Part shown: positions 22,055-30,082 of the stretch, piece after piece | Layout of the letters: each line of letters starts with the position of its first letter | Position numbering within the stretch: the stretch's first letter is position 1 | From: Chitinophagaceae bacterium | GTDB taxonomy: Bacteria > Bacteroidota > Bacteroidia > Chitinophagales > Chitinophagaceae | Direction: 5' to 3' | NCBI GenBank assembly: GCA_036564845.1 | Contig: DATCOF010000331.1 | Coordinates: 944-64,943, forward strand | DNA: 64,000 nucleotides | Notes under the pieces: model-generated | Told to the model about the DNA's origin: nothing | The model's input: the letters and a program-made list of their open reading frames with translations, nothing else | Databases searched by the model: none | Position numbers and translations under genes: made by a program

Positions 22055-23170
22055 CTAAATAATAGTTGATTTTCTTAATTCAATATTTTTTTTATTAAAT
22101 GTTCCCGGAATTCTTCCATTCACATAATCAATTATCAGGTCGCCGATAGTTGACATGAAATAAAAATTTATGGGATCAATATCTTTTGTGACCATTCCAT
22201 TATTTATTGTCCATTCTACTGCTTTCCTTACCAAGTCTGCTTCTTCATGTAAATTAAAATGATCGAGCATCATTGCTGCTGATAAAATTGAGCCTAATGG
22301 ATTGGCAATGTCTTTACCTGCAGCCTGCGGATAAGAACCATGGATCGGTTCAAACAATGCTGATGAATTTCCGATAGAAGCTGATGGCAATAATCCTAAA
22401 GAGCCACTGATAACACTTGCTTCATCACTTAAAATATCTCCAAACATATTTTCAGTTAGCATAACATCAAACTGTTTTGGATTAACAATTATCTGCATGG
22501 CAGCATTGTCAACAAACATATAATCAACGGTAATATCTGCGTACGAAGGCGCAATTTCCTGAACCGTTTTTCTCCATAGCCTTGATGTTTCCAAAACGTT
22601 TGCTTTGTCAACAAGCGTTAATTTTTTTCTTCTTGTTTGCGCAGCCTTAAATGCTAAGTGTGTGATGCGTTCTATTTCTGTTTTGTTGTAAGTGCAGAGG
22701 TCAGATGCTTCGGTAAGATCTTCGCTCAATTCTTTTTTACCAAAATAAATCCCTCCTGTCAGTTCCCGGTAAATTACAAAATCAACTTCTTCAAGTTGCT
22801 TGCTTTTTAAAGGAGACAAGTGTTGCAAAGAAGGATAAGTTGTAACAGGACGAATGTTTGCAAACAGTTGCAGCGTTTTTCTTATTTTAAGCAAACCCTG
22901 TTCAGGCCTTACTTTCGCGGTAGGGTCGTTATCATATTTTGGATGACCGATAGCGCCAAACAAAATGGCATCGCTGTTTAAACAAACTTCTATAGTTTCA
23001 TTGGGAAGAGGGTTTCCGGTTTTGTCAATTGCATCAGCGCCCATTAAACAGTAAGTGTAATTAAACTCGTGGTCGAACCTTTCTGCTACGGCGTTCAATA
23101 TTTTTACTGATTGTTGTGTTACTTCCGGACCAATTCCGTCTCCCGGTATTACTGCAATATTTTTGACCAT
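22055..23170 (-). CDS. leuB: 3-isopropylmalate dehydrogenase
   Basis: GDGIGPEV, RELTGGIYFG, DKANVL, NMFGDILSD, EPIHGSYP. Confidence 0.97.
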   Translation of the reverse strand: MVKNIAVIPGDGIGPEVTQQSVKILNAVAERFDHEFNYTYCLMGADAIDKTGNPLPNETIEVCLNSDAILFGAIGHPKYDNDPTAKVRPEQGLLKIRKTLQLFANIRPVTTYPSLQHLSPLKSKQLEEVDFVIYRELTGGIYFGKKELSEDLTEASDLCTYNKTEIERITHLAFKAAQTRRKKLTLVDKANVLETSRLWRKTVQEIAPSYADITVDYMFVDNAAMQIIVNPKQFDVMLTENMFGDILSDEASVISGSLGLLPSASIGNSSALFEPIHGSYPQAAGKDIANPLGSILSAAMMLDHFNLHEEADLVRKAVEWTINNGMVTKDIDPINFYFMSTIGDLIIDYVNGRIPGTFNKKNIELRKSTII

Positions 23171-23202
23171 TGATTTGAATGATTTGAATGATTAAAATGA
23201 TT
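23171..23202. repeat. Tandem 9-mers tgatt(tg/aa)aa between leuD and leuB
   Basis: tgatttgaa tgatttgaa tgattaaaa tgatt; the last unit overlaps the leuD stop. Confidence 0.55.
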
Positions 23203-23785
23203 CTGCTTTTTGTTTTTCAAAATTTATTATTTCTTCTTCAATGCTTACTAAATAATCAATATCATCATAGCCGTTTAGCAGGCAATTTTTTTTGTAGCTG
23301 TTGATCTCAAATGTTTCTTCTTCCCCTGTGCTGTCAATTATTATTTTTTGACTTTCCAGATCTACAGTTAATGCTGAATGATTATCCTGCTTAAATATTT
23401 TTTGTAAAAATTCATCGCTTACCTGCACCGGTATAACACCATTGTTTAAAGAATTTCCTTTAAAGATGTCTGCAAAAAAGCTGGAGACAACTACAGTAAA
23501 TCCGGCATCAAGTAAAGCCCATGCTGCGTGTTCACGTGAAGAACCACAACCAAAATTTTTTCCTGCCACCAAAATTTTTCCTTCGTATTCAGGCTGGTTC
23601 AACACAAAATCTTTTTTAGGATTTGTTTCATCGTTATCAAGGTAACGCCAGTCGCGAAAAAGATTTTTTCCAAAACCTTCACGGGTGGTGGCTTTTAAAA
23701 AGCGTGCTGGAATTATTTGATCCGTATCAACGTTCTCCAATGGTAAGGGAACAAACCTGCTATGTATAATTTTTACTGATTCCAT
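23192..23785 (-). CDS. leuD: 3-isopropylmalate dehydratase small subunit
   Basis: [24 protein letters not shown]. Confidence 0.97.
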   Translation of the reverse strand: MESVKIIHSRFVPLPLENVDTDQIIPARFLKATTREGFGKNLFRDWRYLDNDETNPKKDFVLNQPEYEGKILVAGKNFGCGSSREHAAWALLDAGFTVVVSSFFADIFKGNSLNNGVIPVQVSDEFLQKIFKQDNHSALTVDLESQKIIIDSTGEEETFEINSYKKNCLLNGYDDIDYLVSIEEEIINFEKQKAESF

Positions 23786-23788
23786 TTT

Positions 23789-25261
23789 TTAATTTAAAAG
23801 AGTTCTTACATCTGTTACAACACCTGTTATTGCTGAGGCTGCTGCCGTTAAAGGACTTGCCAATAACGTTCTTGCACCTGCTCCCTGTCTTCCTTCAAAA
23901 TTTCTATTGCTGGTAGAGATGCAATATTCGCCTGCAGGAATTTTATCTTCATTCATTCCCAAACATGCGCTGCATCCGGCTTGCCGCACTTCAAAGCCTG
24001 CGGCTTCAAAAACTTTGTCAAGACCTTCAGCTATAATTTGTGCGGCCACCTGTTGCGATCCGGGCACGATCATCACCTTTACATTATCACTTTTCTTTTT
24101 GCCTTTTACAACACCTGCTACCAAGCGAAGATCTTCTATCCTTGAATTGGTGCAGCTTCCTATAAAAATATTTTGCACCGGCATCCCCAATAAAGTTTTG
24201 CCTTGTTGCAGTCCCATATATTCAAGCGCTTTTAAAATATTTTTTCTTTCGCCTTCATCAGGAATACTTTCTGCAGTTGGTATCAATCCATTTATCGCGA
24301 TGCCTAACCCGGGGTTGGTGCCGTAAGTTATCATCGGCTCAATGTCTGCTGCATTTATATTTATTTCCTTGTCAAAAACTGCATTATCATCTGTGCGCAG
24401 TTCCTTCCATTCTTTTAATTTTTTATCCCACTCTTCTCCCTGCGGAGCAAACTTTCTTCCTTTTATATAATCGAATGTTACTTCGTCTGGCGCTATCATT
24501 CCGCCTCTTGCACCCATCTCGATACTCATGTTACAAATGGTCATTCTTGCTTCCATAGATTGCGCCCTGATAGCAGAACCTGCATACTCTACAAAATATC
24601 CTGTTGCACCACTTGCTGTTATTTTTGAAATGATGTAAAGAATAATATCTTTTGAAACAACACCTTTGTTTAACTCGCCATTAATATTTATCCTCATCAC
24701 TTTTGGCCTGCTTTGCAAAACACATTGTGATGCAAAAACCATTTCAACTTCTGATGTTCCGATACCGAAAGCAATTGAACCAAATGCACCATGGGTAGAT
24801 GTATGGCTATCGCCGCAAACGATTGTCATTCCCGGTTGAGTGATCCCTAACTCAGGTCCTATCACATGAACTATTCCCTGGTAAGGGTGACCCAAACCAT
24901 ACAATTCTATCCCATGTTTATTGCAGTTGGTAATTAATTGGTCTACCTGTAATCTTGATAACATATCTTTTATAGGCAGCTGTTGATTTACGGTGGGCAC
25001 ATTGTGATCGGCAGTGGCTACAATGTTTTGCGGACGAAATAATTTAAATCCTCTTTTCTCAATTCCGGCAAATGCCTGCGGGCTTGTTACTTCGTGGATA
25101 AAATGTTTGTCGATATAAATAACATCAGGCCCTTCAGGGATTGTTTTTACCAAATGCTTTTGCCAAATTTTTTGAAATAAAGTAGTAGCCTCCCCTAAAT
25201 TCCCTCCGGTGGAGGGGCCTTTTGAAGATCCTAATTCTTTGCCGTTCTTTTCTATTTCCAA
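23789..25261 (-). CDS. leuC: 3-isopropylmalate dehydratase large subunit, with a ~24-aa N-terminal extension
   Basis: [54 protein letters not shown]. Confidence 0.97.
   Translation of the reverse strand: MEIEKNGKELGSSKGPSTGGNLGEATTLFQKIWQKHLVKTIPEGPDVIYIDKHFIHEVTSPQAFAGIEKRGFKLFRPQNIVATADHNVPTVNQQLPIKDMLSRLQVDQLITNCNKHGIELYGLGHPYQGIVHVIGPELGITQPGMTIVCGDSHTSTHGAFGSIAFGIGTSEVEMVFASQCVLQSRPKVMRININGELNKGVVSKDIILYIISKITASGATGYFVEYAGSAIRAQSMEARMTICNMSIEMGARGGMIAPDEVTFDYIKGRKFAPQGEEWDKKLKEWKELRTDDNAVFDKEININAADIEPMITYGTNPGLGIAINGLIPTAESIPDEGERKNILKALEYMGLQQGKTLLGMPVQNIFIGSCTNSRIEDLRLVAGVVKGKKKSDNVKVMIVPGSQQVAAQIIAEGLDKVFEAAGFEVRQAGCSACLGMNEDKIPAGEYCISTSNRNFEGRQGAGARTLLASPLTAAASAITGVVTDVRTLLN
25188..25222. 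repeat. Palindromic element, copy 3, read in frame inside the leuC 5' end
   Basis: gcctcccctaaattccctccggtggaggggccttt encodes [12 protein letters not shown] on the minus strand. Confidence 0.72.
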
Positions 25262-25282
25262 TTTTATAAATTTTATTAATTA

Positions 25283-25317
25283 TTTACATCATACATCACA
25301 CCTCGTATATCACACAT
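25283..25317. repeat. Five degenerate heptamers between leuA and leuC
   Basis: tttacat catacat cacacct cgtatat cacacat. Confidence 0.6.
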
Positions 25318-25320
25318 TGG

Positions 25321-26493
25321 TCACGCAATACTTGGTTCAGACTTTTTGTATTGTTTTGCAAGTTGTAATAAATTCTCTTCTTTTATTTCTTTGTGTATGT
25401 CAGCTAATTTTAAAAACTCTTCATATAACACATCAATATCATTGCGTGTAAATTCATATCCTAAGTTTTTAAACCGGAATGCAAGTGCACTGCGGCCACT
25501 TCTGGCAGTAAGTACAATTTTGCTTTCTTCAGCGCCAACTTCTTCAGGGTCGATACTTTCGTAAGTGAGTTTATCTTTTAAAAATCCATCCTGGTGAATA
25601 CCTGAAGAATGCGAAAATGCATTTGACCCCACAATTGCTTTGTTAGGTTGCACGGGCATACGCATGGTATCAGAAACGAGTTTGCTCATAGGGTTCAGCA
25701 TCTTTGCGTTGATGTTTGTATAAAGCCCAAGATGTTTGTGTTGCCTTAATATCATCACAACTTCTTCAAGAGAAGTGTTGCCGGCTCTTTCTCCCAAACC
25801 ATTTATCGTACACTCAATTTGGCGTGCACCATTTATAACACCTTCAATAGAATTTGCTGTTGCCAAACCCAGATCGTTATGGCAATGACAGGAGATTACG
25901 GCTTTATCAATGTTGGGAACATTGTTGACGAGGTAAGCGATCTTTTCTCCATACTGTTGTGGAAGGCAATAACCTGTTGTGTCAGGAATATTTACTGTTG
26001 TTGCGCCAGCTTTAATAACCGCTTCAATTACTCTTGCCAAATATTCATTGTCGGTTCTTCCTGCATCCTCGGCATAAAATTCTACATCATCAGTAAAATT
26101 GCGTGCCCATTTTACACATTGGATCGCTCTTTCCAAAATCTCATTCTGTGTGGAATTAAATTTACTTTTTATGTGATGATCTGACGTGCCGATACCTGTG
26201 TGAATTCTTGGGCGCTTTGCATATCGTAAAGCTTTTGCCGCTACTTCAATATCATTTTGAACAGCACGGGTTAGTGCACAAACGGTGGCATTTTTAATTA
26301 TGCGTGATATTTCGGTCACCGATTCAAAATCGCCGGGGCTTGAAACAGGAAATCCGGCCTCAAGAATATCCACTCCAAGTGCTTCAAGCTCTAAAGCGAG
26401 TTCAGTTTTCTCTTTTGTATTTAACTTACACCCCGGAACCTGTTCGCCATCCCGTAGCGTTGTGTCAAAAATGAAGACTTTATTTTCATGCAT
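25321..26493 (-). CDS. leuA: 2-isopropylmalate synthase, short form lacking the C-terminal regulatory domain
   Basis: [31 protein letters not shown]. Ends at 390 aa. Confidence 0.92.
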   Translation of the reverse strand: MHENKVFIFDTTLRDGEQVPGCKLNTKEKTELALELEALGVDILEAGFPVSSPGDFESVTEISRIIKNATVCALTRAVQNDIEVAAKALRYAKRPRIHTGIGTSDHHIKSKFNSTQNEILERAIQCVKWARNFTDDVEFYAEDAGRTDNEYLARVIEAVIKAGATTVNIPDTTGYCLPQQYGEKIAYLVNNVPNIDKAVISCHCHNDLGLATANSIEGVINGARQIECTINGLGERAGNTSLEEVVMILRQHKHLGLYTNINAKMLNPMSKLVSDTMRMPVQPNKAIVGSNAFSHSSGIHQDGFLKDKLTYESIDPEEVGAEESKIVLTARSGRSALAFRFKNLGYEFTRNDIDVLYEEFLKLADIHKEIKEENLLQLAKQYKKSEPSIA

Positions 26494-26617
26494 TGTGCTA
26501 TGATTTTATGCGGAATTATCAGTATTAAAATAATATTCCGGATCTCAGAATAGAGGCTTTTATAAAAATAGGTTCTATGTAAAAGAATGTCTAATTAATA
26601 TATAGTCATCTTTACAC

Positions 26618-26632
26618 TACTTAAATTAAGTA
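26618..26632. promoter_or_regulatory. Perfect 7-1-7 palindrome (candidate operator) in the divergent leuA / 515-aa gene spacer
   Basis: TACTTAA-A-TTAAGTA. It is AT-rich, so it could be chance. Confidence 0.35.
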
Positions 26633-26682
26633 AAATGGATAAAACGCTTACTGACAGTGAAGTTAAGAATAAATAAATTACG

Positions 26683-28230
26683 ATGCCCAACCGATCAACA
26701 GATGCACTTTTTCAATTAATACATTCGCTTCAAAAGCAGGAGAAGCGCAATTTTAAGCTATACGTAAAACGAAATTCATCTAATGAAGATATGAAGGTCA
26801 TCCAGCTATTTGATGCTTTGGATGCCATGAATGAATATGATGAAGAGGTTTTATTGAAGAAAGCAAGCTCTTTAAAAAAGCAACAACTCTCCAACACAAA
26901 AGCCCATTTATATAAACAGGTTTTAGCAAGCCTGCGGGTGTTAGAAAATAAAAATATTGACATACAGCTTCACGAGCAACTAGATAATGCAAGAATTCTT
27001 TACAACAAAGGCCTTTACCTGCAAAGCCTTAAAGTGCTGGATAAAATAAAGGAAACAGCAAATGCCAACAACCAGGTAAGCATGCTTGTACAGGTATTGT
27101 TCCTGGAGAAAAAAATTGAAAGCCTTCATATAACCCGAAGCCTAAAAGACAGGGCAGCGCAGCTTATTACAGAGGCAGATGATGTGAATGAGCATTTGAT
27201 ACAGATAACAAAACTTTCCAATCTCTCTTTATTATTGTATAGCTGGTATATTAATAATGGCCATGCAAGAAATGAGAATGATGAAATTGAAATAGATAAT
27301 TATTTTCAATCGTATTTGTCGGATGATCTAAAAAAAGCCAATGATTTTTATGCGAAGCTTTACCTCTATCAAAGTTATTGCTGGTATGCATTCATTCGCC
27401 AGGATTTTATAATGTATTACCGCTACACGCAACATTGGGTTGATCTTTTTCACCAGGAACGTTTAATGATAGAGATAGAAACGACAAGTTACATAAAAGG
27501 TGTTCACAATTTATTGAATGCACATTTTACAGTTCGCAATTATGCAAAGTTTGAAAAAGAGCTAAAAGAATTTGAAGCATTCGCTAATTCAGATATTGTA
27601 AAACGAAGTGATAATAACCGCATACAGGTTTTTGTGTATTTATATATTGCAAAGATCAATCAACATTTTTTGGACGGAACATTTGCACAAGGAATATTGT
27701 TGGTGCCCGAAATTGAAAGCAAGCTAAAAGAATTTCAACTTCATCTTGACAGGCATCGCATACTTGTATTTTATTATAAAATTGCCTCGCTGTATTTTGG
27801 CGGCGGAGACTTTGGCAGCAGCATAGATTACCTGAATAAAATAATTAACTGGAAGGTTGATCTGAGGAACGATCTGCAATGTTATGCCCGCCTGCTGCAC
27901 CTTATAGCACATTATGAACTGGGAAATTTTGACCTGATGGAATACCTTGTAAAATCTGTTTACAGGTTCATGGCCAAGATGGAAAATCTTAGTTTGGTAG
28001 AAGAAGAAATGTTTAAGTTCCTGCGCAAATCATTTCATTTGGCGCCTAAACTTTTAAAACCTGAATTTAAAAAGCTTTTAGAAAAACTTAAACAGTTTGA
28101 AAAGAGCCGTTTTGAAACACGTGCATTTGTTTACCTGGATATTATTTCGTGGCTGGAAAGTAAAGTGTATGAGAAGCCTGTTTACGAGATCATCAGGGAG
28201 AAATATTTGGAAAGCAAAAAATCAAACTAA
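26683..28230 (+). CDS. Hypothetical 515-aa all-alpha (TPR-like) protein divergent from the leu-ilv-thr operon
   Basis: Long ORF with amphipathic helical patterns (ARILYNKGLYLQSLKVL, IASLYFGGGDFGSSIDYLNKII). No enzyme motif recognised. Confidence 0.8.
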   Translation: MPNRSTDALFQLIHSLQKQEKRNFKLYVKRNSSNEDMKVIQLFDALDAMNEYDEEVLLKKASSLKKQQLSNTKAHLYKQVLASLRVLENKNIDIQLHEQLDNARILYNKGLYLQSLKVLDKIKETANANNQVSMLVQVLFLEKKIESLHITRSLKDRAAQLITEADDVNEHLIQITKLSNLSLLLYSWYINNGHARNENDEIEIDNYFQSYLSDDLKKANDFYAKLYLYQSYCWYAFIRQDFIMYYRYTQHWVDLFHQERLMIEIETTSYIKGVHNLLNAHFTVRNYAKFEKELKEFEAFANSDIVKRSDNNRIQVFVYLYIAKINQHFLDGTFAQGILLVPEIESKLKEFQLHLDRHRILVFYYKIASLYFGGGDFGSSIDYLNKIINWKVDLRNDLQCYARLLHLIAHYELGNFDLMEYLVKSVYRFMAKMENLSLVEEEMFKFLRKSFHLAPKLLKPEFKKLLEKLKQFEKSRFETRAFVYLDIISWLESKVYEKPVYEIIREKYLESKKSN

Positions 28231-28243
28231 ACTTAAAAGCAAA

Positions 28244-28263
28244 AGTCCCGATTTCTCGGGACT
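28244..28263 (+). terminator. Hairpin after the 515-aa gene
   Basis: AGTCCCGA-TTTC-TCGGGACT. No clean U-tract on the plus strand. Confidence 0.5.
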
Positions 28264-28275
28264 AATAATTTTTGC

Positions 28276-28370
28276 GGGTTTTTTTGGATATTCTTTAGGA
28301 TATTGGATAAAAAAAGCGAAGTTGGTTGATACTGGATTTTTATTTGGTTTTTCGGGTGGATATGGATTTA
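28276..28370. repeat. Degenerate GG(T)TTTT...GGATA(T/C)(T)GGAT repeat tract
   Basis: ggatattctttaggatattggat, ttgatactggatttt, ggtttttcgggtggatatggattt; strongly G/T-skewed. Confidence 0.45.
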
Positions 28371-28587
28371 AACAACAATTATTATCATATAAAATCAAGT
28401 TCAAAAACTAAGATCAATGCTACTACATCAATCAACTTCTAATACAAAGATACTCTCATGTATATTGGTGTACAAGAGCGCAATCACGCTTTTTTAAAGG
28501 TGTGGAATTTACTGGCAGCTATCGTAAATTAACGATGTATGAAAAAATTAGTAATGATCAATATAACAATTATTTTAAATAAAAAAA

Positions 28588-28977
28588 ATGATAGAACAAA
28601 CCGAACTTGTAGTAACCAACTGGCACTACCATCCTGCATCTGCTGCGATTGAAAAGGATGAAAAAATTTCTCAATTAATATCACTGGATGTTATGAGAAA
28701 AAGCGCATCAACAAAAAAAGGAATTGCATGTAGATTTACCTGCCGCTTTACTATCGCAGATGAAACTATCCTTGAATATGTTGGAGAAGATTCTTATGTA
28801 ATAGACCTTGAAGATGTAGTTGATAGAAATGAACTGCTCACCATGATCCGTAATTCCTATTCAAAATTCAAAGAGAAATTTGATCTTAGAAAAATTGGTA
28901 CAGAGCTACAGGATAGCTCGTTGAGAACTTTGGATGAATCTAAAATAGATGTTGATGCAATACTTCCGCTGCTTTAA
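28588..28977 (+). CDS. Hypothetical 129-aa protein
   Basis: ORF with an A-rich translation-initiation region; beta-strand-then-helix pattern. Confidence 0.7.
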   Translation: MIEQTELVVTNWHYHPASAAIEKDEKISQLISLDVMRKSASTKKGIACRFTCRFTIADETILEYVGEDSYVIDLEDVVDRNELLTMIRNSYSKFKEKFDLRKIGTELQDSSLRTLDESKIDVDAILPLL

Positions 28978-29060
28978 TCTGCTTCAGTAAAAGCAATTTT
29001 ATGTTCTGTAAGAAATGCTTTTATTTCATCCAGATGGATTCTGCGATACCAATCCGCCAT
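28974..29060 (-). pseudogene. Small ORF or gene remnant MADWYRRIHLDEIKAFLTEHKIAFTEAD
   Basis: Hand-translated. Protein-like amphipathic composition. Its stop overlaps the convergent stop at 28975-28977. Confidence 0.3.
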
Positions 29061-29131
29061 ACGTTCTTGAAATTGTATGTAATGGCCTTGTAAATTCTAA
29101 CGCTTTTTCTATTGCTTTCTTAAACATATAA

Positions 29132-29548
29132 TTATGTGAATTTTATTTTATCATCTTCACATTCCTTTAGTTCAGCTTCTTTTATTTTGGTTTCAATTTT
29201 TTCCTTTTTCATTCCTACCCGTACAATGCCAAATAAGCTGATATAAATATTTGCGATCCACACCAGTGCAAAAAATGAAATAATATATCCACGCCAGTCA
29301 TTGTACAGCAGGTGATACCGCGTAATTATCAAAAAGAACAAGGTTATGTAATGACTAAAACAATATTCGCAGGTAAATAAATAAAATAGTTTTCGTTGTA
29401 AAAGAGTTTTACATTCTTTTGATTTTCTCTCACAGTATTCTCTTGGCTCTCTGAATATTTCCTCATGTGTAACCGTCCATACAATAGATGCGATGGGCAA
29501 GGCCATAATAAAAAGATAAATGATCTGGTACTGTAACGTTAATGGCAT
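29132..29548 (-). CDS. Small membrane protein with a CxxC motif (DUF1360-like)
   Basis: Three hydrophobic segments and LFTCEYCFSHY; Lys/Glu-rich tail. Family assignment is from memory. Confidence 0.65.
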   Translation of the reverse strand: MPLTLQYQIIYLFIMALPIASIVWTVTHEEIFREPREYCERKSKECKTLLQRKLFYLFTCEYCFSHYITLFFLIITRYHLLYNDWRGYIISFFALVWIANIYISLFGIVRVGMKKEKIETKIKEAELKECEDDKIKFT

Positions 29549-29572
29549 TTTCGAGTAATTATAAACTAATTA

Positions 29573-30010
29573 TTAATGATTATTTTTTACCCATTCATCT
29601 AACCTGGGAGGAATTGGAGTTCCGTTTTCAGAATACGTTTTTACAACTTCTTCTTCACGAATGCCAACATACATTTTATCGTTTTTAAAATCGTAGATGA
29701 TCATGAAATTAGTAACATCACAATTATGCGCCTGGCATGCGTAAGCAATAAAATTGTCTCCTGCAATTTCAATCGGTGATTCAACATCCCAATATTTTTT
29801 TAATAAAGAATACCTCGTGCCTGTTAAGGCTTTTACTCTATTCACAAACTGGGGTTTGGAAAAAAGTTTAACCTCATTGGGATATTTTTCGTTGTAATTT
29901 TTAAGATATGCAAGAGATGTGCTGGCCTTGGGTTTTAGTTTAGAATTGTTTTGTGCAACACAGCCAACTGCAATAAAAAGAGAGAGCAATAACAGGAATA
30001 AATTTTTCAT
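29573..30010 (-). CDS. Exported or lipoprotein, Ivy-like c-type lysozyme inhibitor
   Basis: Signal peptide with a lipobox-like IAVG-C. CQAHNC resembles the Ivy CKPHDC loop. Confidence 0.6.
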   Translation of the reverse strand: MKNLFLLLLSLFIAVGCVAQNNSKLKPKASTSLAYLKNYNEKYPNEVKLFSKPQFVNRVKALTGTRYSLLKKYWDVESPIEIAGDNFIAYACQAHNCDVTNFMIIYDFKNDKMYVGIREEEVVKTYSENGTPIPPRLDEWVKNNH

Positions 30011-30082
30011 GTATGTAAAGTTTACAGGTTTCTGAAAGATCTACAAAAGAAAATCATATCACATCACGTTGTACTTTATTAT

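Noticed and set aside
26494-26682. Leu/Ile/Val leader peptide upstream of leuA
   Set aside because: The only minus-strand ATG ORF found is MTIY-stop, with no Leu/Ile/Val run or terminator.
28276-28370. CRISPR array interpretation of this and the other repeat tracts
   Set aside because: Units are short and degenerate, there are no unique spacers of constant length, and there are no cas genes.
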